DNA from: Kondoa subrosea
Lineage: Eukaryota
Direction of reading: 5' to 3'
Assembly (NCBI GenBank): GCA_039545335.1
Contig: BCIN01000001.1
Coordinates: 1,671,129 to 1,735,128, forward strand
DNA: 64,000 nt
Both the position numbers and the translations under genes were made by a program. The notes beneath the pieces are model-generated. The model ran no database searches, had not been told where the DNA came from, and saw only the letters and a program-made list of their open reading frames with translations. Shown here piece after piece: positions 26,168 to 37,495 of the stretch (position 1 is the stretch's first letter; each line of letters begins with the position of its first letter).

Positions 26168-26883
26168 CTTTGTGAAAGAAGCGCTGTTCGTCCTATGTGC
26201 TCTGTGATCTGTCGTCGTGCAATGCGCTCAGGTGAAGCGGCGAAGCGCACACTCTTCTATACTCCTGATGTTCAGACTTTGATGAATCGTCCCAAGTCTC
26301 TGTGCCAGTCACCGCGGAACTCGACAATCCCTGGTTGTGACTGGTCAATTCAGCCTTGCCGCTGTGTGCTATGCTACTCAATTCTGCTCTCGGACTGTAT
26401 CGATTTCGAATACTCGTGTCGCTCGCTCGTGTGGGCAGCATAAGTCAGAAATCGCGTTTTTGCATGACGGAAAACCGAATCTTTATGCACTCAGAATCCT
26501 GCTCAGAATTGATCTACAACACATGTACATGGGATAATAGAAGTAGTAATAGGCCGTAAAACTCACGTGAAAGGACAATGATACGCCCGCTATGGCCTGT
26601 TGTCCGTGTTTATAATTGTCAAAGGCTTTTGTCCTTGATCCAGCAACTTGAGGTGCTAGCGAGATACCCTTCTGCGCACTCTCGACAGTCATACCACGAG
26701 CCTTGACATAATACCGAAGCTGTGCTTCCCGAGTCTTTGCATTACTCGAAACAACTCAAGCGAAAAACTCAAACACTTCGACCCCAACGTCACTCTCAAG
26801 GACTGGTTCCTTCCACAGACTCTCGACTCGCGGACAGATATACTGCCCATTCAATAGGGATCAATCTATAAGCTCCTGCAAAC

Positions 26884-29800
26884 ATGTCTACTGGCTCGGA
26901 TGCCGTCAATCAGATTGTAGCGGACTACAAGTAAGTCAGATATACTCCTGCAGCGGTTTTTCTCCTTGCTCACATTGTATACCTACCAGTAAAAAGCTGA
27001 CTAACGTTTCTGTAACTGCTGTAGGGACCTCATTGGCATTATGGGGTGCTCTATCCTTGGTCACAGTCATCGCTTTCTCTGTCAGTGATATGCTACACTT
27101 ACTATTCCAAGAGATCTGATTGGATGCATGAGCTATAACAGATCTTGAGACCTGCCAATGCAGCAGTTTATGCACCTAAATACAAATACTCTGATGATCA
27201 ACATCGACCGCCCAAGATTTCCAACGGTCTTTTATCATGGATCAAACCATTGCTTACAGTAAAAGAAGATGCAATGATGGAAAGATTAGGAATGGATGCC
27301 GTTGTTTTCTTGCGGTTCTCTCGGATGTTAAGATGGATGTTTTTGGTTCTCGCTTTACTTTGTTGTGGAGTATTGATCCCGGTGGATGTGATTTACAATC
27401 TCAACAACGTTCAAAGTGGAAGAAGAAACGCACTTAGCATGCTCACTATTCAATCGGTTAGAGGAAACGCTCTTTATGCTCATGTAGCTGTTTCCTACGT
27501 TGTCAATATCGTCGTTTGCGCTTTCATTTGGTTCAACTATTCAAAAGTGATTGCTCTGAGAATGCGGTGGTTTCGATCAGCCGAGTATCAAGATTCTTTG
27601 GCTGCTCGTTCTCTCATTATTACGCACGTCAATAAGAGGATGCAATCGGATGATGGTCTAGGCAACCTATTGAGCTCGCTGCAGATTCCGTATGTTAATT
27701 ATATTTCACTCTTCATGCGCCAATTTTTGACTCTTCATACAGATATCCTACCATTTCAGTCCATATCGCAAGACAATTCGGTGATCTACCAAGTCTGATC
27801 GAATACCATAGCAAGACCGTTATGCAACTAGAACAAGTGCTTACAACTTATCTCAAGAAAGGTACTATCCCGGATAAGCGACCTACGATTCGTGTTGGTG
27901 GATTTTGTGTAATCGGAGGGACGAAACACGACGCGATCGATTTCTTAACTCAGAAAGTATCGAGGTTGGAAAGCAAGATTGAATTGGCTAGAGAAAATAT
28001 TGATCAGAGGAAAGCTTTGCCTTATGGTTTTGCTTCGTTCTTGAAGGTGAGCTGTGCGAATCTTAATGTATGTGACATGTACTGAGCAGGTTGCCTAAAG
28101 GTCCCGTATGCCCATATCGTCGCTCGCAAATTGGAAAGAAAGACCTACAAAGGTGCTATTATTGAACTCGCTCCACAACCTCAAGATATCATTTGGGATA
28201 ATTTGACTAAATCAAAAGGCTCAAGACGATGGTCATCTTTCTTTGGAGGAATAATCTTGATTTTCGTCATGATCGTCTATGTCGCTCCTTTGATTCTCAT
28301 TTCTGCTCTGTCCAACTTGGCCGCCCTCACGGTCTACGTTAAATTCCTTCGTGAATGGTCAGACGCTTCCAACTGGACTTTCTCCGTCGTTGCCGGTAGT
28401 GAGTCAAGCTGTTTCAGTTAGCAGAACTTTCGCTCAACGCGATTACCTGTCGCAGTTCTTCCGCCTGTACTCAACATCTTGCTGCAATTGATCCTGCCTA
28501 TGATCATGCGAGCACTTAGCAAATATCAAGGAGCCACAACTCATGGCAAATTGGATCGCGACACTCTTTCTCGGTACTACTTCTTTCTGGTCATCACCAA
28601 TTTACTCGTCTTTTCTTTGGCTGGCGTAGTGTTCACTATGATTGCCTCCATCGTAGCTGCAAATGGGGATGGAAACTTTGTCTGGAAACAAATCTCCAAC
28701 TTCCCTCAAACGCTACAACGCACTTATATTCAGCAATCAAACTATTGGCTCACCTTCTTCCCTCTGAGAGGGTTCAATGCTGTGTTTGATCTTGCGCAAA
28801 TCATCAATCTGATCTTCATCTGGATCAAGACTCGGTTGTGGGGAAGAACTCCTAGATCGATCAGAGAATTCTGTAAACCTCCTGCATTTGACTATTCAGT
28901 CTATGCTGCCAATACACTTCTTATGTGCACGTAAGTTTGGCTTGCTGGCTATACTTTAATCAGAAGCTGACTCGGCAATAGTGTTGCTCTGGTTTATTGC
29001 TCATTGGCACCAGCTGTTGTGGGATTGGCGGCAATCACTTTCTTTGCTCAATCTTGGGTCTTCAAATTCCAGTTGCTTTACGTCTTCATCTCAGAAGTCG
29101 AAAGTGGTGGAAGGATGTGGAGAATGCTCGTCAATCGGTGTGTGGTTGTCCACTCGAACCAGAGACCAAAGCTGATCAAATTTGATCAAGACTTCTCGTC
29201 GCGCTCGTTATTGCTCAATTATTGATGTGCTTGACAATTGGTCTGAATGTTCGCTATGTGATGGCTGCAGCAGCGTGAGCATATTCTCAGGGACGCTCTT
29301 TGCTGTAGCTGATTCCGATTTTGCAGTGCTCCGCCTATACTCGGTGTAATCATGTTCAAGATCGCACTGCACAAGAAATACGAAAACAAGTTCGCTTGGG
29401 TAAGGATGGATTGCTTGTTCCATGTGGCCTGCTGATATTGTCTCACATTTTGGTAGTACACACCTGACCCAGCTGAAGTCGCCGAATCAAGAGCACATCA
29501 TTCAGATGAAAAGCGAGGTCGTCTAGCTCGAAGATTCGGTCATCCTTCTCTGCACGCGCCTTTAATCACTCCTATGGTGCACAAGAAGATCGAGCATCTT
29601 TTACCTCAAGTTTACTCTGGCCGACTGGACGTTCAAGCTCCAAGCGGTAAAGGCGAATTTGCTGTGGCTGGTCTCACGTTTGCTGCTCTGGAAGAACAGA
29701 ATTTGGAGTTATCCAGAGGGGAATACTTGCAGCAGCAGAAGGAGGTTAGTTTGGTTTTGTCTGCATTAGAAAATCACTCAATCCCTTTCCAGGATGCATG

Positions 29801-30472
29801 GGAAACTGGCAGTATGGCATCAACGGCAATTACAGGAGTTAATCGCAAGGACAGACCCACAGCAAGCATGGAGTTCAAGCAGCAACAATATCTCAACCAC
29901 GGACCCGGCGTGTACGACAGTACAGCTTCTTTGCAAGGCGAGACTTTTGGGCATCCGGCTGCTCAGTATAGCACAAGAGACTCGCAGGAGTGAGTAGAGT
30001 GTATCTTACTGCCTAGATTCAAACTTAAACAATGAACAGAAATCTGATTCGTGGAGCTGCACCACCTTATCTATATGATCAGCAACCTTATCAAGCATCA
30101 AGGGAATCTCTCGACCTGTCAGCTTACGATGGAAGGACACCATATCAATACAATGCGCCATCTCAAGAACAGTTCTCAGATTCAGCTTACCCTCCAAGGC
30201 GGTTCGAAGCACCTCACATGCATAATCGACAGGGCTCGAATACATCATTTGGCTCGCCTCAGATGATGAGACCTGCTTTATCGCAGCAATCCAGCTATAA
30301 CGATTCACCACGGATGTCTCAACAAGGCTATTTGCCGCAATCTAATTCAACTCGTTCACTTCATCAACCCGGTCCTTCTCAAGACAGCTTCCAATACGCA
30401 AGACAGAGAGGCTCGCAGGATTCCTCATCGCATGGCGGGCATCATGATTACTTCTACGCACAGCAAAGGTAG
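26884..30472 (+). CDS. OSCA/TMEM63 (CSC1/RSN1, DUF221) calcium-permeable stress-gated channel
   Basis: LRPANAAVYAPKYKY, GMDAVVFLRFSRML, ARSLIIT, YGFASF, LAPQPQDIIWDNL, SRYYFFLVITNLLVFSL, KFQLLYVF..VESGGRMW, RFGHPSL. Confidence 0.92.
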
Positions 30473-30605
30473 AGAGGGCAAAACAAGGACATTCAGAATC
30501 TGTTTGCAAGTGCTGCAATCGATACATAGAATATACAGTTGTTAATTTCTCTTGGGCGTTTAGACTAATGTCAACATAATTGCATTGTACATTAACCGAA
30601 TTTGA

Positions 30606-33600
30606 CTAAAATTTAACAGAGCCGTAAGCAAACGAGTGGTCATTGAGGAAAGCAGACATACTAGGTGTGCCAGTCGTCCAGGTTCCTGCCTGCTTTACTG
30701 GCTTGCGCGAAGGTGTTTCTTGTGGTGGTTGATGATCTGGACGTTGAGGTGCTGAGGTAGCTTGAGGAGAAGGCTGGCCAGACAATGACATGCCACTGAG
30801 AGCTTGTGCTAGCTGATTACTTAGATCACGAGCTTCCATCCTTCTCATCCGGGTCCAATCAGAAACATCGCTTCTCAATTGACTGAGCAGAGCCGCAAAG
30901 TCCGAGTAAAATTTGAGACCTATTACTATTCAGTCACTAGCAGAAACAACAGAGCGATTACATTACCTTCGGCTAAGTTGACATTTAGCTCCTGATATCG
31001 GAAAGCTGCGTAGTCAAGCTGCTGCAAAGCTGCTTCACGCTCCTTGATTACAGTATCTTGCTGTCTTGCTCGCAAAAAGTCGTCATTGGCCGTCTATTGA
31101 GGTGTTAACACTGAAGATGTGGAATATACAGCAAGAAAACAGACATACCCTAATCCGCTCTAGCAGTTGTTCCTGCTCATTACCGTTCATATTAATCCGT
31201 TGTAAAGGTTCTTGATATCTAGCCATTTCGCGCTCAAAAAGAGGCTCAAATTGAGCTGCGTCAATCTTTGCTTGTCCTAGAGGTGCATCTTGAGCTATTT
31301 CGCCAGCTTCTCGCATGACTAAAGGTCGGATGTCATCAACTTCAGCAGAATGCCGTGTTCGTTCCAGGACTTCTTGTCGGTCCGAAGCTAGATCTTCTAA
31401 GCGTTCCATCCACCTTCGGATCTGTCTTGCAGCGGTGGTTTGAGCTGGATTCGGATCTGGTTGGCCCATTCGACGCAACGAAGGAGGCGTAGAAGATGGG
31501 ATCCGGCGCTCGAGATCCTCCTAAGATCTACATCAGCTAATTTGACGTAGAGTAGAGAGAGAAATCACCTCTGAGCCGGTTAGAACTTCGATCTGATCTT
31601 TCCACTCTTCGTATTTCTGCCTCACCACTTGATCGCTAGCCATAGCAGCATCGATTGTTTGTCTGAAGCGATCCACTTTTGCTCTTAGTTGTTGATTTAA
31701 GGCTTTAGAAGGAGGTCTTCTCCATCGTTCTGGCTCAAATTCCGCTCTAGCATATGTATCTTCGTCTTCTTCAGCTTGTAACATCGCTTCAGCTTCATTT
31801 AATATCCCACGATCGCTATCCGCTATTCGAGAAATATCTTGCATCATTGAAATGAGTTTCGAAGAACCGCCTTCACTGCGAATTTGTTGACTCTTCTGCA
31901 AAAGCGAAGGAGGCAAACCAACTGGCATTTCTAATGCTTGAATCGACGCGGGTAAGTTGAGAGATAGCAAAGTACTTCGACAAACGCTATCGAGTTCTTC
32001 TATCCGTCCTTGCAATTCGTTTTTGATGAATTCTTCTTTCCGATTATCAAATATGCTGATTGCTAGATGCACACCATATGGAACTAGAGTCTCGAAGAAA
32101 GGTCGGCCTAAACCACCTGGCCCAGTGTGCAAAGCTTGAATAGGTGCATTTACTTCTGGCGGTATTGTTGCTTTGACCATTGGCGCTGGTGCGATAACAG
32201 GTAAGTTGGAAGGAGAAGGGACGACTTGGAGATAGATGAAGTCGTTGTCTTTTATCGCTCGCTGTAAATTGTCTGCGATAACGCTTTGCAGGCCCTACTC
32301 GCATACTTGAGGGGCTTAAACTTGTAGGATATGTATTGACGTACCTTTAGATCATCAAATAATGCAAGTGATATTCCGCGCTTGGAAACTTCCTGAGCTT
32401 TCTTGATCAAAGCTTGAGCATGCTGTAATCTTCCAATCTCATCGCCATATCTAAGATCCTATCAGATATTGCCCTTTTGCGGAGAGTGATGTCGTACCTA
32501 TTTGCAGCTAGATCATCTGAACTCTTACGATATTGCGAAGCAGCAGCAAAATGTGCTTGTTTGATTGACATATGGTTGATGATATTCTACTAGCTCATAG
32601 TCAATCAAATCAGAGTCAAGAATATCTGGTACATAACGCACTGAAGGGAAAGAGAAGACTGGCCATGTCCCATTTCCACCGCCTTGACTTTCTTTGGCTG
32701 CTTTAAGCGCTTGTTCGTAAAATTCTGATACTTGGGCACTGAGTTTAGCTATTGTCCCATTCTTCAACCGATCTGTCGGTGATGATTGGAAAGTCAGCTT
32801 CCGCATAAAGCTTGAGATTACCCGCAAAACCGACCAAGTACAGCTTTTTGCCAAAAGCATTCTTGTGCTTGAGCAAGGTAAAGTTTGGACATTGCTTCCA
32901 AGCAAGATTTCGACAGATCAGGCGAACAAGGATCTTTATCGTCCACGGTTAATCGCAAAAGAGGTAGTACAGCAGTAGCGATATGAGCGAAACAGCCTGC
33001 AGCGTTTTGAAAAAGTGCGCAAGCTCTTTTGATTCCTTCTACGTTGCTTCTGTTTTCTGCACAACCTAGAGCAGCGTACATTGCTCCTATATTGAATAAA
33101 AGGCAAGCGCGTTCGTATTGAATGCTTGATAAAGCTACAGAAGAAGCTGTAGGTAGCATGCCAGGCAGAGCTGCAGAAAGAGCTGGAAGTCCTTGCGAAT
33201 CGAAGATAGGGAACCAAGGAAAGGGTAGACCAATCTATGCCTAGTTATGAGATCATGCATCAACAATGCGAAGGGCTGAGACTGACATCAGCTGGAAACT
33301 TGCTAGTCAAGAAAGTAAGTTGAGCGTAGTACCTGTAGGTCGACCCGCCTATCAAAACTGAGACACAGCTAGAAAGCCAGTGACCTACGTTAACGTGTCC
33401 TTGAGAATAGACGGATGCACTTCTGCTTTGCCATTCTGCAAAGCGACAGAGGCTTTCCTGAGGTTATGGATACCTTCTAGATCAGGTTTGAGAGTATCAG
33501 GATGACAATCAGAGAAATGTTGCAAGGCATGATTTCTGAGCGCAGCTGCCAGATCAACCTGTTCATCGCTATACGTGAGCGGTGTGTCTGGATGAAAGAG

Positions 33601-33661
33601 GCACTGAATGAAAACAGACTGGAACTGTAGTCTTCTGCTCCAGAGCTAGAACATTGGACAT
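30606..33661 (-). CDS. RIM20: pH-response regulator PalA/Rim20 (BRO1 plus ALIX V domains)
   Basis: YYAQLTFLTSKFP, SIQYERACLLFNIGAMYAALG, LAQAQECFWQKAV, KDNDFIYLQVVP, FFETLVPYGVHLAISIF, LSLNLPASIQALE, EGLKFYSDF. Confidence 0.9.
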
Positions 33662-33686
33662 GGTTGACTTGGAACGAGCATCACTC

Positions 33687-35310
33687 ATGAGCGAATTGCT
33701 ATCTTTTGATCCGACAGAGCATCCAGTAGGCCGGTCCTACAGCCAACAGGGATCAAGCTCAACGCTACTTGGTGCAGCATAGGCGTTGGAATCCATTGCA
33801 GAAGACTTGGGTGTTATGCAGTCCTCATAGAACAAAGAGACCTTGGCAAGGACAGCAAGAGGCTGCTTCTACTGCAGTCTTGCCAGATTATGATCCGAAA
33901 TGGTGCGTTGTGATATTGCTTCTTCCCCTGCAATCCGCTGGAAACATTGCACAGCTATTTGTGTCCTGGCAATACACGAGCAAATGGAGAGACCAATGAG
34001 CAGTATAGCTCTACTCATATCTTCGAGGTATGCTCGACTGTCCTTTATGTGTGCTCTTGTAGCTGAGCATGAGACAGAATGACTTTGCAGCTGTCAAGCA
34101 AGACGAAGTTGATCCAGCTACAATGTTGGTAGAGGGAGCTGGTAAGCTCGTCCGATCTTTCTGTGATCAATACTAAGGGCTTGATAGGCGAACAAGCTCT
34201 GGATTCGCATCTCTTCAAGTCCGAACCTGCTCGAGGGAAATGTCATGTCATATGCTTTAACCCAAAACACTCTTTAACTTGTTTGTTCTGGCTGGCTTTT
34301 ATCGTTTTCGTGCTGATCATACTTCTAGTGGCCGAATTATCACAGCAAGATATTGTACCAATCATCGAAGCCTGGTCAGTCTTGCCTTTCTTCACACGAC
34401 CCTAATTAAGCAAAATTAGGCAACATCTCTATCGTACTGTATCAGCCGAGAATCCTTGGATTCAGTATACCCAGCTTTTCGAGAACAAAGGAGCCGCAAT
34501 GGGTTGTTCCAATCCTCATCCGCACGGACAAAGCTGGTCTCTTTCCTATATTCCAACCATTGCGCAAACTCAGTTGAATTCTCTACACGAATTCGCTTCG
34601 TTGCCAATTCCAAGCGATAACAAAGCTCCTTCATTAGCAAACGGCAAACCTTCCCTTTTACTCAGTTACGCTTATTCGGAACTCAATTCTGCTACCCCTT
34701 CACCTCGAGTCATATTCTCTACAGAACATTTCGTGGCTTTGGTACCTTATTGGGCATTATGGCCTTTCGAAGTCATGGTCCTACCTTACAAAAGACAAAT
34801 CTTGAATATGGTTGATCTAACGGAAGAAGAGAAATTGGATTTGGCTGAAACGTTGAGAAGAGTAACATGTAGATTGGATAATCTGTTCCAGACTAGTTTT
34901 CGTATGTTTTCCGACCTGCAATTGCCAGAAAGGGGGTTCATTGCTTGGCCGATGACAAAAACAGCGTACTCTATGGGTGTTTATCAATTACCTTCGACTA
35001 ACAATACTCAAGATCGGGATGTGGCTCATTTATACTTTTCTTTCTATCCTCCTTTGCTAAGAAGTGCCTCAGTAAGGAAGTTCTTGGTTGGGTGAGTTTA
35101 TCCTCTAACTCTATTTCATATCACTAATGCGCTGTCATTTGTTAGATTTGAGCTCTTTGCAGAAGCGTTAGTATCTCACTTCATTGGCAATTCTATAGCT
35201 GAATAAGGTACTGGACAAACAGTCAAAGAGATTTAACACCGGAACAAGGTGCAACTAGAATTAGGGAGCAACAAGAAGTACATTACAAACAGGTCAAATT
35301 ATCTGAGTAA
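33687..35310 (+). CDS. GAL7: Galactose-1-phosphate uridylyltransferase
   Basis: [36 protein letters not shown], catalytic [46 protein letters not shown]. Confidence 0.96.
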
Positions 35311-37046
35311 TAATACGATCAATAAGAATCCTTTCGTGTTCCCCTCGTGTCATCTATTCGAAGTTGGAATGTCAAATCCTCGAATTCGCTTCAGCGGCTG
35401 TCAATTTCGGTTGAGCTTTGGCTGCCCGTTTGTGACCTATATGCTGAATTAAACTTACTTCGTGCTGTGATGACTTCTCTTTCAGGTCTTGCATCGTAGT
35501 TGCACGTGAACCAGCTTCTCTCGATTGCGATTCTAGCCAATCAGCAGGTACTGGTGGTAGTTGTCGAGTATACGGGGCTGTTCAGTCGTTAGTAGAGTCG
35601 TGAATCTCAACTGATGGCTCACTTGAGGCAGACAAGTGTCGTCCGGGCGACTGCAAGTGATATCAGAATAGCAAATGAATCTCGAACGACCGCATACTGC
35701 AAAGGATGAATCGAGCGAAGGTCTCACAGTATGATGCATCATCAAGACAGACACAGGAAAAGGAAAGGATGCTGGAAAAGAGAGCTCGAGAAGATGACCG
35801 CGAAAAGACGTTAGACAAAGGGAATCTTTTGTATAACCCGTACCAATGCAAGTAATATAGATCGTATACAGCTTACTGACTTAATAGATCGACAATCGCT
35901 ACAATCTAATCCTTTGAAAGAGCTGTAGAGACAATCAAATCGTGAGATCACCGTAATCGCTTGAACTGACCTTTCCTGCTCTCGAGCAGCATGGCGCAAG
36001 TGTTCCTCATTTTACATTCAATGTGTCTCGCCAAGATATCTTCTGAGGTCTTCAATCGAGAGCCTATGATATCACCGCGAGATGCCACGAAGAGGAAAAG
36101 GGCGAGAAGAAGATGGCTGCCAAATCGTGCTCTGAGGGAATTCATGATATAGAGATGAAGTTCCCGCGAAAGAACCTTTTCTGAGACAGTTGATAGACTG
36201 GTATAAGTTGAATGTAGATGTTTGCCGAGCGCGACGAGTTTGGCTTGATATGTGGGACGGAGGTGATAGTAGAGGCGCAGAATAGCAGATGGCTGAGATA
36301 TAGAAGTCCAGGACATGCTAGTTTGCGATTGTGCAAGCTGATTCTGCTGCCAGACGAGAACAAGATAAGTACTTGAACGCGCTTGAACCAGAAGAAATGA
36401 CTGACTGCGCTGTTATCGCAAGTTTTAGTTGAGAGCGCCTGAACAGATGAGTTTCCATGTTGTTCTATAGCTTGATCACCTATAGCATTCATGTCATAAG
36501 TATTTGGTGACAACGCGTGTTTTGCTTCGTATACACTCACCCCTTGTCTCAGCTTTGCTTTTGCCAGAGCGATGAGTCACAGCAGTGCAGTACTGCACCT
36601 CGCGACCATCTTCAGCAACTCCGTCGATGATGAGGAAAGCGAGACCAAACATCGCGTAAAGGAAAGTGTAAAGGAAGGAGTGTAAAGCGAGAAAGGAATG
36701 AACGGAGGAGGGAAGAGATGCGTAAGAATGTCAATGCCAGCAAAACAACATCAAGACATGCGCAGATAGAAAGGGCACGCGGCGTTTCTAGACATCTGAG
36801 CTACGTGCGAGAAATCGACTTCTAGCTCTGCATTTACCACTGTGGCCAACAAGACAGGCAAGAGAGCACAGCTCAGTTTGAACAGAGCACAGCGAATGTA
36901 GCCAGCTGAGAGACGGCTGCTTCGGAGAGAGAAGTGAGCAAAGCGCGCAAATTGAAAGGCGGAAAGGCGGAAAGGCAGCTTAGGTAAGGTAAACGTGTGC
37001 TATACATTTCACAAATTGCCCTTTGGCTCGAAAAAAATACAAAGAT

Positions 37047-37227
37047 TGATGCGAGCCCTCCGAAGAGAGTCGCATCGTTCAAAATATTAAGCAACGCTAC
37101 CCCCCAAAGGAGAGCAGCCTCTATAAGCCACTACCTGAAGAACCGATACGTGTCGCTGTGCAATGGATGCGGCTTATAGAGGACAACCACGATGCTTGAG
37201 CGCTCGTTGCCATCGCAAGGTAAGTAT
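37047..37227 (-). ncRNA. U1: U1 spliceosomal snRNA (copy 1)
   Basis: Exact reverse complement of 42878-43058, with 5' AUACUUACCU, AUUGCAC, an Sm site and a UUCG-capped 3' stem. Confidence 0.9.
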
Positions 37228-37334
37228 GAAGAAGAAAGACAGGATGTTTGGATTTTCGAAGGTCATTCAGTCTGCGGCTCAAGCCGTCCGACAGACTTCG
37301 GATCACAGAACCGAGGCCGTTTTGTAAGTTGTCT

Positions 37335-37364
37335 AGAAGAAGAAGAAGAAGAAGAAGAAGAAGA
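37335..37364 (+). repeat. (GAA)n microsatellite at the inner end of the left inverted-repeat arm
   Basis: About 9-10 perfect GAA units. A degenerate TTC counterpart lies at ~42703-42725 and another GAA run at ~42506-42524. Confidence 0.85.
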
Positions 37365-37495
37365 GAGGGAGAATCAGAGGGGCTCGATGTAGCTGAAGAA
37401 GCAACAAAGAGTCGACCTCTGATCTTCGAATTGCTGGTCAAAGAAGAGTCTATTAATGTGTATTGATTTAGCTTTACTATCGAGGCAGATGGCTA

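Larger units (their letters stand above)
36049..37400. repeat. Left arm of a ~1.35 kb inverted repeat (partner ~42665-44058)
   Basis: Reverse complement of the right arm. Paired coordinates sum to 80105 across the core (37334/42771, 37227/42878). Identical spurious ORF translations appear on opposite strands. The outer ~330 bp has substitutions and a 2-bp indel. Confidence 0.97.

Noticed and set aside
36873..37466. Short ORFs overlapping the repeat arms (for example MLERSLPSQG.., poly-Arg/Glu/Leu ORFs) and their mirror copies at 42725-43232
   Set aside because: They are chance translations of the U1 gene and the GAA microsatellite.
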